Shown in pieces: positions 20,251-31,665 of a stretch of 64,000 nt of DNA. The stretch spans positions 576,001-640,000 of the forward strand of contig OY820905.2 in the NCBI GenBank assembly GCA_963555755.3. Reading direction: 5' to 3'. The notes beneath the pieces were generated by a model. That model saw nothing but the letters and a program-made list of their open reading frames with translations. It was not told where the DNA came from and did no database searches. Position numbers and translations under genes: made by a program. Numbering within the stretch: the first letter of the stretch is position 1; each line of letters opens with the position of its first letter. Source of the DNA: Nitrospirales bacterium (GTDB taxonomy: Bacteria > Nitrospirota > Nitrospiria > Nitrospirales > UBA8639).

Positions 20251-20365
20251 AACCGTATTGAGTCAGGTTCAGGCTACATACCTTTCCTCCCAAGGCCAAA
20301 TGCTGATCGATCTTGAAAATATTGGACTCTAACCTTTTGTTCCTTCTTTTTTAGTTCAGGCTTAA

Positions 20366-20521
20366 GGGCTCGCGCAAGAATAACTTCCCATGTTTGGGCG
20401 TCGATCCATCCCGTCTGGCGGCGTTGCTCGTCCTTTCCATACAGGAGTATGCGCAATCCTCGCGCCTTGCCAGACAGGTGCCTCAACACCCAAACATGGG
20501 AAGTTATTCTTGCGCGAGCCC
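20366..20521. mobile_element. MITE-like family A, copy 2 (inverted relative to copy 1)
   Basis: Same TIR; TAA/TAA flanks. Confidence 0.85.
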
Positions 20522-20653
20522 TAAGGGTCACTCCCCGTCTCCCTCTCTCCAGAAAGATTTCAATTCCATGGTGGAACCCAGCCCAGCTCCTCGGCAGCAT
20601 CGAGGAGGTTCATCTCTTCCTCGTCCCACCCCGTTTTATGTACGGGTGATTTC

Positions 20654-23600
20654 CTAAAATTCCTGGTCGTCGTCGGATTGATCATCTAGGGTGGAGGGTG
20701 TATCTGGAGAGTTCTTGGGGAACAAAATAGTCGCGGGAAGTGTAATCGTGTTTTTGAGGACATTAAATGCCAATTTCGCAAAACCCGTCAGCCCGGTTTT
20801 CAATGATTCTAATGGAAGGGACTTGACCACCGGATCATTAATCGGCCCTTTCACCTCAAATACCGCCATATCGATGCTTTCCTGGTCACCTTCTAACAAT
20901 AATCGAAACAATGAAATTTTTCGCAACAGTTTAAAATACGATCCTAAAGGGCTTGCAACCAAAGCAAGGTCCAATTGGTCTTCAACTAAATCATACGTCC
21001 CTGCGCCTGTGAGTTTAAGTATAGGTCCGTCCATCACAATATCTTTCGAGCTCATGATTCCGTTCTTGATTGTGAGGGTTCCGGATTGCTTGTCAAACGG
21101 ATACCCCTCCTTTTCGAGATCAACCTTTCCTTGAAGAATCGCCGGAAGGTTCATCAGGGCTAACATTTTCGGTATGACTGTGCCTCGTCGAATTTGGCCA
21201 TCCTTCACAAGAATTTTTAAATCACCATTGAGTGTGGGGAAGATGCCACGTTCATCTTTTCCATGCCCATGAACCATACCTTGAACAGAAAGAGTACCGG
21301 TCACCAGATGTTCACTGAGATTTTCTGCACTCAGAAATGTTGTCTCTAAAGGTTGGAACGGCACGTCGTCCATATTGATCCATGTTTTGACCGTAGCTGG
21401 TTGTTTGACCGGCAAATGAATGAGTAAGCGGCCTTGGACCTTTCCGGATTCTATTGTACCCTTTATCTGATCCACACCAATGATACCATTCTTGATTTGA
21501 AGCCGGCCTTGTAAGTCTTGAAACTTCATATCTTTGTACCAGGCACGACGAAACTCAATTTTTCCTTCAACCGTTTGCGTAGCCGCGATGGATTCCAATA
21601 CCTCCCGGATGGGAGACCGATCCCCTTTGGGGATCAACAGATCAATATCAAATTGGGGAGCGAGCATCTCAAATTTGACCTTGGGTGTGGTTTCCCAATT
21701 GTGAATGGAGCCCGCGATCCGTGCTTGACTATCCTGCATGTAAAACTGCAAACGTTTGACTTCTGCGACATGACGATCAAACTTGACGCGAAGAACGACC
21801 TCAGACAAGGGGCTGTTTAACCCCTCCACGGACAAGGCGCCCTTCGTAAGCGCAAACCAGCCATTTTTATTCCATTGGCGCCAATCGTTCCCCTTGCCAT
21901 CAACATTCAAAGAAAACTCGATGGATCCCTTTTGTAATTCGTCATTAAAAACCGTCAAGCCAGAAGGAAGAGATGACAGGTCGAAGGGCGTAGCGGTGAT
22001 TGACGCAGTGAAAGGGCCCTTCATATTTCCATCAAATAAGCCATGTCCCGATAGAGAAAGAGAAGGAAGGGAGAGGGTCATCCGGTGAATGTGCAACCGT
22101 GATCCTTCTTCGAATTTCAGATCGACATCGAATGTGCCTGGGACGGTCTTTTCCTTGTGAAGGACATCACCCAGGGTCATGTCCAGCTCCTCAAGATTCC
22201 ACCGTGTTTGAATTCGGGGTCTATCAATGGGGCCGGAAATCGTGGCGACCACATCTGCCACTCCTGACATCATGGTCTGGATAGCGGAGGAATATTTGCC
22301 GACCTGAATGGCTAGGTCTTTGTCAGAAATACGTCCTGTAAGTTTTAAGGTATCGAAGACTTCGGAATCTTGGAATTTGATCGTGCCTTGTAAGGCAATG
22401 GGACTGGATCCTAGAAATCCCTTTAGAGGTTCAAAGCTGATATGCTTTTGTGAAAACGTGACGGTGCCGGCAACATTCGTTATGAGGCCTTCTATTCCAG
22501 GAATGCGGAGGGTCACTTGCTCGGCCTCATATCGAGCGTGTTCAAAAGAAATGTGTTCAGGGTCGTCAAGAGGCCCGGCATAGCGAATCGTCATCTTTCC
22601 GGCTCCACTCTCCCCGACAAATCCAGCCATGGCATGATCAGGGTCTGTCCAACCGAATACCGTTCGTAAAATTTCTACCAACTTTTTTGAGGGAACGGTT
22701 CCCTGTAATTCAGTAGACAGCCACGGCCCAGTGTCCCGAAATTCGATGTTTCCCGTACCCGAAGATACGGGAATGGATTCATAGATCCCCTGAATGTCTT
22801 GTAACTGAACCCGGTCTGGTTGAACGAACACGGTTCCCTGAACGTGCTCGGCTACCCCCCATTTTGTCCCAAGGTCAAAAGATCCTCCAGAAAGTTTGAA
22901 CTCCCCGGTTACACTAAAACCCATATCGTCACGACTCGAACTCGAAACAGTGGCGGAAACCACTTCAATGGTACCGTCAAGTGATTGATCGACTATCGCG
23001 TTCCGCACAGTATCAGGAATGATATATGCTGGAACCATCTCGATGATTTTCTTCATGCGAATCGGGGCACTGGACCATGTGGCGGAAATCGTGGGAGGAT
23101 TGGCAGCCAGTAATCCCGATATGCTGGCTTGGCCTTGTAAATCAATTGCGTCGGAAATCACAATTACATCAGACAGGACCAACTCATACCCTTGTAAACC
23201 TGGCCCATATTGGATCTGACTCTGAACCTTCATTCGGCCAACATGAGGTGGCACCAAATCCTGGATGTGAAAAATTCTCGCTAAGGAACCAAGGGCCGAC
23301 TGATTCAACTCAATTTGTGTTCGGACATCGACCTTCGGACCAGAAAGTTCTTTCGTCTCCTGAGGGGTGGTGGAAAAATCGTACACGTGAGACATCGTTC
23401 CTTGGAAAGACAGTTGGGACGCGTCATCACCATTGACGTTCGCGGAGAACAACACATCCATTGGTTTCATGGCCGACAAATTGGAAATGTCCAACGCGAC
23501 TCTATTCAGCTCAATTGTTTCAGGCTGTGAATGTTCAAATGCATCGACTATCTGAATAAACCCCTTTTCAATGGTGAGAGAATAATCAGTGAGGAAGGCC

Positions 23601-24031
23601 CCAACACTTGTTGAACCGGCAGACTGATTCTGCAGGATGGTTTCTGCGTTCCACTGCCCCTCTTCGTTACGCCGAAGGTAGACTTCCGGTTCTTCGATTA
23701 GCAGTCCTTTCGGAACAAATTCATCCTGCAGGACGGAGAGGAAACTCAAATCCATTTGAATCCGTGCGGCGTGAAACACTGGCTCGCCCTGGTCAGATTC
23801 AAGGATTTGAAGATCTGTCAGTGTCAGAGTGGGAGATGGAAAGAATGACACTTGGATGTCGCCCACTTGGAGATTCTGACCAAACGTATCAAGCATCTGT
23901 TGCTGAACAACGCGTTGGACCGTATCAAGATGAAAGGTCAGAAGATATCCAATGGCCAACGCCCCAAACATGACCAACAGGAAAAATATCAAGAGGGTAC
24001 GCCGCCGTACTGACATCACGTCACTCATCAA
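20654..24031 (-). CDS. AsmA-like/YhdP-family envelope protein
   Basis: N-terminal TM anchor, PEVYLRRNEEGQWN, long beta-rich body, C-terminal V.GP..DP.V. Confidence 0.75.
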   Translation of the reverse strand: MMSDVMSVRRRTLLIFFLLVMFGALAIGYLLTFHLDTVQRVVQQQMLDTFGQNLQVGDIQVSFFPSPTLTLTDLQILESDQGEPVFHAARIQMDLSFLSVLQDEFVPKGLLIEEPEVYLRRNEEGQWNAETILQNQSAGSTSVGAFLTDYSLTIEKGFIQIVDAFEHSQPETIELNRVALDISNLSAMKPMDVLFSANVNGDDASQLSFQGTMSHVYDFSTTPQETKELSGPKVDVRTQIELNQSALGSLARIFHIQDLVPPHVGRMKVQSQIQYGPGLQGYELVLSDVIVISDAIDLQGQASISGLLAANPPTISATWSSAPIRMKKIIEMVPAYIIPDTVRNAIVDQSLDGTIEVVSATVSSSSRDDMGFSVTGEFKLSGGSFDLGTKWGVAEHVQGTVFVQPDRVQLQDIQGIYESIPVSSGTGNIEFRDTGPWLSTELQGTVPSKKLVEILRTVFGWTDPDHAMAGFVGESGAGKMTIRYAGPLDDPEHISFEHARYEAEQVTLRIPGIEGLITNVAGTVTFSQKHISFEPLKGFLGSSPIALQGTIKFQDSEVFDTLKLTGRISDKDLAIQVGKYSSAIQTMMSGVADVVATISGPIDRPRIQTRWNLEELDMTLGDVLHKEKTVPGTFDVDLKFEEGSRLHIHRMTLSLPSLSLSGHGLFDGNMKGPFTASITATPFDLSSLPSGLTVFNDELQKGSIEFSLNVDGKGNDWRQWNKNGWFALTKGALSVEGLNSPLSEVVLRVKFDRHVAEVKRLQFYMQDSQARIAGSIHNWETTPKVKFEMLAPQFDIDLLIPKGDRSPIREVLESIAATQTVEGKIEFRRAWYKDMKFQDLQGRLQIKNGIIGVDQIKGTIESGKVQGRLLIHLPVKQPATVKTWINMDDVPFQPLETTFLSAENLSEHLVTGTLSVQGMVHGHGKDERGIFPTLNGDLKILVKDGQIRRGTVIPKMLALMNLPAILQGKVDLEKEGYPFDKQSGTLTIKNGIMSSKDIVMDGPILKLTGAGTYDLVEDQLDLALVASPLGSYFKLLRKISLFRLLLEGDQESIDMAVFEVKGPINDPVVKSLPLESLKTGLTGFAKLAFNVLKNTITLPATILFPKNSPDTPSTLDDQSDDDQEF

Positions 24032-24177
24032 CTCTATTGTCCCCTACTGTTTTCAGGTTCACGAAAAGGTTTATCCATTCTAACAAAGGCGCCATCGAGA
24101 ATCTTGTGCTTTCGACATCTCAGTTTCTACTTGAGCCCCACTTCCAATAAGGCAAGCCCCTCATGTATTGAAGTGGC

Positions 24178-24206
24178 TTGACACTGACGTGCGACGCCGA
24201 TATGTT
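24178..24206 (+). promoter_or_regulatory. Putative sigma70 promoter of the HD-yjbQ-protease operon
   Basis: TTGACA-17 bp-TATGTT. Confidence 0.4.
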
Positions 24207-24299
24207 CGGTTCCCAATAAAGAAGGGCCTTTACCCGTCCAGAAAGAGTGGGATCGGAATACTGGCCTGTTGATTTCTTTGTCACAGTTTCTACCCTTGA

Positions 24300-25174
24300 T
24301 GATGAATGCGTTATCCATCCGCCCTCAGCGCCTGCTTTCCCGAACCCTGACTGCCTCTTTATTGAAACTGTATGATTATCCTCATCCGACCAATCCTCAA
24401 AAAATCATTAAAGGCTACGACAAGGCCCATGCCATGCGAACCGCAAAAATGTGTGTCGCGGTAGCACGTTCTTTGGGACATGACTTGGACCGCGTCCACC
24501 ATTACCAAATTGCCTGTGTACTTCATGATCTGGGACGAGCGGGATTGGATCAACCCTTGTTTGGCAAAATTTGGTCCTGGGCCAAGATGCATGGCATTCC
24601 CACACGACCGGCTGAATGGCGAGCCAAACATACCAGCACCCCGTATGGCAAAGAAACGGAAGCATTCGTTCAGAAATATCGCGCCCAACTTGAAGAAGAA
24701 GGCATTCCTATTAATAAATGGGCCTGTGAACAAATTGAAATGCGCTTGGGTTATGCTCGGCGGATGAAACGCATGCTTCGTGTGATTAAGCCGCAACTTC
24801 GACATCTGAATATTTCATGGCATCGCTGGATGGAACAGGTTATTCTATATTATTATTACCCGGAACTCATATCCCGAGAACAGCCATGGGTTCGCGAATT
24901 AGGTGAAATCCTTGTTGCCTGCGAACAACTTGAAGCCTACAGCAATCGGCAACGCGGGCAGGACTACTATACCCGATCACAGGAAAGCTTCGAGGAGGCC
25001 TTTCGTTATTTGAATTCTTTAATACGAAAAAAGCAACTCGGTAGAAAAGTGGTTGGGGCGGTTCGCACCTTGACGGCCAACGGCCGATTTGATTCCATTC
25101 TGGCGGCTGCCAAAGGGAGCGCCCTCACACCCAAAGACATTCAGTTTCTGCGAACGTTGGCACCATCGCAATAA
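24300..25174 (+). CDS. HD-domain protein
   Basis: H..RTAKM...IACVLHDLGR; start uncertain (24269-24303). Confidence 0.65.
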
Positions 25175-25176
25175 CC

Positions 25177-25599
25177 ATGGCAGTTCATACCCATCAGCTC
25201 TCACTTCAGATGCAAGGTGATTGTCATATTGAAAGTATGACCGCTCACATTCGACGTCTGCTCGAACAAGGTGACTTGGAAGCTGGCATTGTCACTATTT
25301 TTGTGAAACACACCACAGCCTCGGTCTTTATCATTGAGGACGAGCCAGGGCTCCGTGCGGATACAAAAACGGTATGGGAGCGGTTCTTGCCAGCTGATCC
25401 CACCTGGCAGCACAATACCAGAAATCCCGGAGAAAATAATGGGCATAGTCATCTCCGTGGACAATTTCAAGGGCAATCGTTAACCATTCCGTTTGTTGAA
25501 CGGCAATTGACGTTGGGAACATGGCAGGAAATCGTGATGATCGATTTTGATACCCGTGCGCGCCAACGGGAACTCATTATACAAATCATTGGAGAATAA
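25177..25599 (+). CDS. yjbQ: YjbQ family (secondary thiamine-phosphate synthase-like)
   Basis: HTTAS, NGHSHL, LGTWQ.I..IDFD...R.R. Confidence 0.85.
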   Translation: MAVHTHQLSLQMQGDCHIESMTAHIRRLLEQGDLEAGIVTIFVKHTTASVFIIEDEPGLRADTKTVWERFLPADPTWQHNTRNPGENNGHSHLRGQFQGQSLTIPFVERQLTLGTWQEIVMIDFDTRARQRELIIQIIGE

Positions 25600-25604
25600 G
25601 AGCC

Positions 25605-26765
25605 TTGCGGACACAAACCTCAATCGACACTAGAAGTTTTCGCAGTGGACGCCGCTATCGATTAACGACCTTCATTCTCTTCCTATTTGTCACTATGGGC
25701 AGCGCATTTTTCCCCACAATCGTGTTTGCAAACTGGGAAGCTCAATTTCTTGGGAACAATAACCATCAAGGGGCTCCGATACCCACACTCATTAAACTCG
25801 GACCTGATGAACGAGAGACCATTTCCATATTCGAACGCGCGACGAAATCAGTGGTGTTTATTACCAACACAGCTTTCCGTCGAGACTTTTGGTCTCTCAA
25901 TACGTTTGAAGTTCCGCAGGGGTCAGGGTCCGGGATTATTTGGGATCGTCAAGGGCATATCGTCACAAACTTTCACGTCGTGTATGGAGCTGACTCCATT
26001 CAGATCGTGCTATCGGATCAAACCTCGGTTCAAGCACAAATAATTGGGGTCGATCCCGACCATGACTTGGCCGTCCTACGCATTCGCACATCAAAGGATC
26101 ATCTCTTCCCAATCGATGTGGGGAATTCCCAGGAACTTCAGGTCGGGCAAAAGGTGCTCGCCATTGGAAATCCCTTCGGATTGGATCATTCATTAACTAC
26201 CGGGGTTGTGAGTGCTCTCGGGCGAACGATCAAATCCATGAACGACCGAACTATTGAAGGGGTTATTCAAACCGATGCGGCCATCAACCCGGGAAATTCC
26301 GGTGGTCCCTTGTTGGATAGCGATGGTCGTTTGATCGGGATCAATACCCAAATCATCAGCCCAAGCGGTGCCTATGCGGGAATAGGGTTCGCTGTGCCGG
26401 TCAACACGATCACCCGTGTGATTCCCCAACTGATTCGATTCGGCAAATTGATTAGACCGGGCATGGGCATTTCACTCATTCCCGATTCCATTGCCGCTCG
26501 ATGGGGCATTCAGGGACTGATTATTTCAAAAGTTGAACCGGGAAGCCCTGCAGAAAAAGCAGGGCTGGAAAGCGCACGAGAAACACGTTTAGGCCGCATC
26601 CAACTCGGGGACATCATCACCAAAATCAATCAAGAGCCGGTGAACATTTTTGATGACCTGATTCGAATTCTTGATCGACATAAAGTCGGGGATCGCGTAA
26701 CCGTTGAAGTGCATCGGAACGGAAAATCGCGAAAAGTCAAGGTGACGCTCAAATCAATTGACTGA
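25605..26765 (+). CDS. Trypsin-like serine protease with PDZ domain (HtrA/HhoA-like)
   Basis: GSG.IWD..GHIVTNFHV, DLAVL, IQTDAAINPGNSGGPL; C-terminal PDZ. Confidence 0.9.
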   Translation: MRTQTSIDTRSFRSGRRYRLTTFILFLFVTMGSAFFPTIVFANWEAQFLGNNNHQGAPIPTLIKLGPDERETISIFERATKSVVFITNTAFRRDFWSLNTFEVPQGSGSGIIWDRQGHIVTNFHVVYGADSIQIVLSDQTSVQAQIIGVDPDHDLAVLRIRTSKDHLFPIDVGNSQELQVGQKVLAIGNPFGLDHSLTTGVVSALGRTIKSMNDRTIEGVIQTDAAINPGNSGGPLLDSDGRLIGINTQIISPSGAYAGIGFAVPVNTITRVIPQLIRFGKLIRPGMGISLIPDSIAARWGIQGLIISKVEPGSPAEKAGLESARETRLGRIQLGDIITKINQEPVNIFDDLIRILDRHKVGDRVTVEVHRNGKSRKVKVTLKSID

Positions 26766-26877
26766 TTATTGAAATTCCTTTCCTCCCTTTCTTTTCCCCT
26801 TCACCACCATTTGCGCAAATCCAGAAAAAATTGTATTTTAAAAAAAATTCTTATTTCTGAACTCCTGGAGAAGCTTT

Positions 26878-27603
26878 ATGGAACCCTTTCCAAAAAAAAT
26901 GAAATGTATTACTGGCACGTTCACTGGTTTCACCGTTGTCTTCACAGTATCTATTTGGCTACTTGTCGGGAGTGGGTTGGCCTGGGGCAATGCTACTGAT
27001 CAAACACAGCTTGTGGACAATGCCACACACACCATTGAAAGCTTCATGGACGATCCTCAGTTAACCTGGTTTCACGACCATGTCAAAGATGCCAAAGCCT
27101 TGCTGATCATTCCACAATTATTAAAAGGTGCGTTTATTTTTGGGGCAGAGGGGGGAAGCGGCGTGCTCATTGTCCGCGATCAAGATTCAAATAATTGGAG
27201 CAACCCGGCTTTTTACGTGTTGGGCGGACTCAGTTTCGGGTTTCAGTGGGGGGGACAAGCCTCGGAAGTCATCATTATGGCCAGGACAGACGGCGCTGTT
27301 GAAAACCTATATACCTCCTCCTTTAAATTGGGTGGTGATGCCTCGATTGCGGCCGGCCCCTATGGTGCGGGGATTGAAGGAGGGACCTCAGCGAATCTCA
27401 ATGCCGATTTTCTCTCATTCTCTCGCTCAAAAGGTGCCTTCGCAGGCATTTCATTTGTAGGAGTGGTCATCTACGCCAGTGACGACTCAAATGAAGCGTA
27501 TTATGGAAAAGCCATTCGACCACTTGATATACTGACAAAAAAGTCAGTCACCAATCCACATGCCAATGGCTTACGAGAAGCAGCGAAAAAGGCTGTTCAA
27601 TAA
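26878..27603 (+). CDS. SYLF (Ysc84) lipid-binding domain protein
   Basis: KGAFIFGAEGGSGVL, SFGFQ.G, LGGDASIAAGP, SRSKG.FAG.S. Confidence 0.8.
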   Translation: MEPFPKKMKCITGTFTGFTVVFTVSIWLLVGSGLAWGNATDQTQLVDNATHTIESFMDDPQLTWFHDHVKDAKALLIIPQLLKGAFIFGAEGGSGVLIVRDQDSNNWSNPAFYVLGGLSFGFQWGGQASEVIIMARTDGAVENLYTSSFKLGGDASIAAGPYGAGIEGGTSANLNADFLSFSRSKGAFAGISFVGVVIYASDDSNEAYYGKAIRPLDILTKKSVTNPHANGLREAAKKAVQ

Positions 27604-27605
27604 TC

Positions 27606-27723
27606 TGTCATTTCGACCCTTGGGAGAAATCTCTCCATTGGGGTTAGAAAGGTTGCATGGGGGGTGGGAAATAAGAGATTTCTCCCAGGGGTCGAAATGA
27701 CAATGGTGAGGGTCGAAATGACA
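27606..27723. repeat. REP-like inverted repeat between convergent genes
   Basis: TGTCATTTCGACCCTTGGGAGAAATCTCT...AGAGATTTCTCCCAGGGGTCGAAATGACA plus an extra GGGTCGAAATGACA half-site. Confidence 0.75.
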
Positions 27724-27759
27724 ACGGTGGCGGTTGTTCCAACCATTCCTAATATTCCC

Positions 27760-30354
27760 TCACCCTCGAATGGTTGGGACGATTACGACCTGCCCGTCCT
27801 TATAATCGATCGTCACAGCATCGCCGTCCTTCACTTCGCCCTTGACCAACAACCTTGACAATGGCGTTTCAACGTCATGTTGAATCAATCGTTTCAATGG
27901 CCGCGCGCCATACATGGGATCGTACCCCCGCCTGCCCAAGTCAACCAACGCTTCAGGTGTAACATCTAACGTAATGCGTCGATCCGCTAATCGAGATTTC
28001 AGGCGAGCCAATTGAATATCCACGACTTGACTCAGTTCTTCAGGAGTCAAGGGATGAAAGACCACTGTCTCATCTACTCGATTCAAAAATTCAGGACGAA
28101 AATGATTTTTCATCTCGTTCATGACAATGGTCTGCAATTCCTCATACGTGCGACCATGTTGTTGTGCTTCAAGGATTTCCTGGCTAGCGATATTCGAGGT
28201 CATGATGAGGATCGTATTTTTAAAATCTACGGTTCGTCCTTGGGAATCCGTTAAACGACCATCATCAAGTACTTGGAGAAGGACATTAAACACATCATGA
28301 TGGGCCTTTTCGATTTCATCCAGAAGGATGACGGAAAACGGACGGCGCCGAATGGCTTCGGTTAATTGCCCACCTTCGTCATAGCCAATATACCCAGGAG
28401 GGGCACCAATGAGCCGTGCCACGGTGTGTTTTTCCATGTATTCGGACATATCGATTCGCACGAGATTGGCTTCGTCATCAAATAGAACGTGCGCTAAGGC
28501 TTTTGCCAATTCTGTTTTTCCCACACCAGTAGGGCCAAGAAATAAAAACGATCCAACGGGTCGATTGGGATCTTTAATCCCCGACCGTGCCCGCAGCACG
28601 GCATCCGCCACTGCACAGACGCCCTCTTCTTGCCCCACCACTCGATTGTGAAGCAACTCACTTAGCTTCAAGAGCTTTTCCATCTCGCCTTGAAGTAACC
28701 GACTGATGGGAATTCCTGTCCATCGGCTCACCACTTCCGCGATATCGTCTTCATCGACTTCCTCTTTTAATAGTCGTGAGTCCCCCTTGTCTTGATCAAG
28801 ATGTGCTTCTTCCGCTTCCAGATCGCGTTCGAGCCGCGGAAGCGTTCCATACCGAAGTTCAGCCACTCGATTGAGGTCATAGTCGCGCTCAGCCTTTTCA
28901 GTCTGATGCCGGATATCTTCGATCTGTTGCCGAATATGCTGCAACCGCCCTACCGAAGACTTTTCGGCTTCCCATTGTGTTGTTAATGCAGACAGTTCCT
29001 GGCGTTTCCCTTCAAGCTCCTCTTCGAGGGTTTCCAAGCGAGCCTTACTTCCATGGTCTTCTTCTTTTTTCAGCGCTTCCCGTTCAATCTCAAGCTGTAA
29101 TACTTTGCGCGAAATCTCATCGAGCTCCACCGGCATACTATCGATTTCGGTTCGAAGTCGAGCACCAGACTCATCAATTAAGTCAATGGCTTTGTCGGGA
29201 AGAAACCGATCTCCAATGTATCGATGAGACAGTCGTGCCGCAGCGACCAAAGCTGCATCCTTTATTCGAACGCCATGATGAACCTCGTACCGCTCCTTCA
29301 ACCCTCGAAGAATCGAAATGGTATTTTCTACGGATGGCTCCTCAACAAACACGGTTTGGAATCGACGTTCGAGGGCCGCATCCTTCTCAATATGTTTTCG
29401 ATATTCATCAAGTGTGGTGGCCCCAATCAAATGCAGCTCTCCTCTTGCCAACACTGGCTTCAACAGATTGGCGGCATCCATAGCTCCTTCCCCGGCACCC
29501 GCCCCAACCACTGTATGTAATTCATCGATAAAGAGAAGAATCTGCCCCTGCGAAGATTGAATCTCTTTCAGGACAGCCTTTAATCGTTCTTCAAATTCAC
29601 CACGAAACTTGGCTCCGGCAATGAGTGAGCCCATGTCTAACACCACGAGGCGTTTCTGCTTCAAACCTTCCGGTACATCCCCTTTGACAATGCGTTGCGC
29701 CAACCCTTCGACAATAGCCGTTTTCCCAACCCCAGGTTCACCAATCAACACTGGGTTATTTTTTGTTCGTCTCGAGAGAATTTGAATCGTACGACGAATT
29801 TCTTCGTCGCGGCCAATGACCGGATCGAGCTTACCTTGGCTTGCCAGTTGAGTCAGATCTATCCCATATTTTTCTAAGGATTGGTAGGTCCCTTCAGGAT
29901 CTGGACTGGTGACTCGCTGGTTTCCACGAACCTTTTGTAATCCAGCTAACAATTTATCGCGAGTGACACCCAACTCCTTCAAGACCCCACCGTCTTTCAC
30001 CATCGCCAGGAGCAAATGTTCGACACTCCCAAATTCATCTTTTAATGCCCGCATTTCAGCCTCGGCATGGGAAAGAAGGTTTGCCATCCGCTGCGTGAAA
30101 TGGATTTGTCCAGGAGCGGGACCGGAAACTTGCACTTGTGGAATTCGGGAAAGCACTTTTTCAGCAGAGGCTTTGACGGCGGAAACCGCCACTCCAGTTT
30201 TCTCAAAAATCGGGGCGGCCAATCCGTCAGGTTGTTCAAGTAAGGCAATCAACACATGCTCCACATCAATTCCCTGATGATTACGTCTCATGGCCAGAGA
30301 AGAAGCGGCCTGGATAGCTTCTTGCACTTTCAAAGTCATACGATTTCGATCCAT
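27760..30354 (-). CDS. clpB: ATP-dependent chaperone ClpB
   Basis: Two AAA+ modules ([16 protein letters not shown]), coiled-coil M-domain with ELRYG, GARPLKR. Confidence 0.96.
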   Translation of the reverse strand: MDRNRMTLKVQEAIQAASSLAMRRNHQGIDVEHVLIALLEQPDGLAAPIFEKTGVAVSAVKASAEKVLSRIPQVQVSGPAPGQIHFTQRMANLLSHAEAEMRALKDEFGSVEHLLLAMVKDGGVLKELGVTRDKLLAGLQKVRGNQRVTSPDPEGTYQSLEKYGIDLTQLASQGKLDPVIGRDEEIRRTIQILSRRTKNNPVLIGEPGVGKTAIVEGLAQRIVKGDVPEGLKQKRLVVLDMGSLIAGAKFRGEFEERLKAVLKEIQSSQGQILLFIDELHTVVGAGAGEGAMDAANLLKPVLARGELHLIGATTLDEYRKHIEKDAALERRFQTVFVEEPSVENTISILRGLKERYEVHHGVRIKDAALVAAARLSHRYIGDRFLPDKAIDLIDESGARLRTEIDSMPVELDEISRKVLQLEIEREALKKEEDHGSKARLETLEEELEGKRQELSALTTQWEAEKSSVGRLQHIRQQIEDIRHQTEKAERDYDLNRVAELRYGTLPRLERDLEAEEAHLDQDKGDSRLLKEEVDEDDIAEVVSRWTGIPISRLLQGEMEKLLKLSELLHNRVVGQEEGVCAVADAVLRARSGIKDPNRPVGSFLFLGPTGVGKTELAKALAHVLFDDEANLVRIDMSEYMEKHTVARLIGAPPGYIGYDEGGQLTEAIRRRPFSVILLDEIEKAHHDVFNVLLQVLDDGRLTDSQGRTVDFKNTILIMTSNIASQEILEAQQHGRTYEELQTIVMNEMKNHFRPEFLNRVDETVVFHPLTPEELSQVVDIQLARLKSRLADRRITLDVTPEALVDLGRRGYDPMYGARPLKRLIQHDVETPLSRLLVKGEVKDGDAVTIDYKDGQVVIVPTIRG

Positions 30355-30532
30355 AATTGACAGCACCCCTCCAACACGTTTTTAATTTCGTTCTTTTAAG
30401 GTAACCACCCTCTCCTTGAAATCAAGGCATGAGATACGAAAAGATCTCGTGACATGTTGACGGCAAATTGTTCAACTGTTTAGGAAGAGTACCAGGAAAA
30501 AATGAAGCAAGAAAGGAAAATTGGTGAAAGGG

Positions 30533-31495
30533 TTATGGCAAGGCGATCTGCTCGCATTCTAATTCAGTCTTAACCAATTCTAAGCGTGCAACGAGTTTTT
30601 TGACTTTTTGTTTCGTCAAATCTTGAAACTGCATAGTCATCAGAACCTGGGTAATATCCTTAGCCAAGATTTCTGACCGGGCATTCACCTCAATAACCAT
30701 GATTGCTAATTCATTGTTTTTCTCAGCCACCGTAGTATTCAAATGCCCTAAATTTTCCTTGGCCTGGTAGACACTACTCATATCCATTGCCCCCAGAGAT
30801 TCAAGTTCTTCAATCACCACGGCAACACTTGTGATAGCACCGTTCACCAATTTTTTAATGTTTGTTGCCGCAATCCCAGACCGACTCGCTAATTTCGCGA
30901 CTTCTTCTGCGACCACAGCAAACCCACGGCCATGCTCTCTGGCACGTGCTGCCTCAATAGCTGCATTCAAGGCAAGTAGTCGAGTTTGATCAGAAAGAAA
31001 CTCAATTTCCTCAAGAATTGGAGCAATGGCCCTTGTACTGGCTTCAACCTGTCTCACCACTGACCCTATTTGTAGCGCAACTTTGCTAGAATTATCGACT
31101 TCTTCCACAAAACTGTCCAATGCGTGGTCATAGGTCTCCGACCCACCATCTCCGGTCTCTTCTTCAACCTTCCTGACACTGGCCTGTTGGGTTTGACCTA
31201 CATCACGGTTTGCACGATCAGAAAGCATTTCTAAACGATCCATGAGACCACTAACCCCTGCCTCCATTTCATCGGAAATGATATGGATATCGCGAATGAC
31301 CTCAGGAATTATAGCAGCATATTTGCTGGATTGATTCTCTATGCAGTCTTGAGCTTTGGCTTCCATACGATTTTCAGCCTCCTGTAATTGAGGTAGAAAC
31401 CATTGTTTTTTGGAGTACATCGCACCAAGCCACATGCCCCCAATCAGGCCAACGCCAACACTGCAAAATGAGATTATCAAATATTCAGTAAGCAT
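30533..31495 (-). CDS. Methyl-accepting chemotaxis protein
   Basis: [28 protein letters not shown] hairpin; one N-terminal TM. Confidence 0.85.
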   Translation of the reverse strand: MLTEYLIISFCSVGVGLIGGMWLGAMYSKKQWFLPQLQEAENRMEAKAQDCIENQSSKYAAIIPEVIRDIHIISDEMEAGVSGLMDRLEMLSDRANRDVGQTQQASVRKVEEETGDGGSETYDHALDSFVEEVDNSSKVALQIGSVVRQVEASTRAIAPILEEIEFLSDQTRLLALNAAIEAARAREHGRGFAVVAEEVAKLASRSGIAATNIKKLVNGAITSVAVVIEELESLGAMDMSSVYQAKENLGHLNTTVAEKNNELAIMVIEVNARSEILAKDITQVLMTMQFQDLTKQKVKKLVARLELVKTELECEQIALP

Positions 31496-31665
31496 ATATT
31501 TGTGAATGTTGAAGCTCTTTCATAAATTTTCGGACAATTTCAATCAACTCTTTAATGGAAATAAACTTCCTGCAAAATTACTGAAATATCAATATCTTAT
31601 GATTTCCCGACAAAAAATTCCTATGGCACCATGAAAGACTGATTTCGAATAGAAAATAGGACGGC

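Noticed and set aside
30390..30428. Heat-shock promoter or CIRCE upstream of clpB
   Set aside because: CCTTGAAATCAAGG palindrome noted, but no CIRCE consensus and only a weak sigma32 match.
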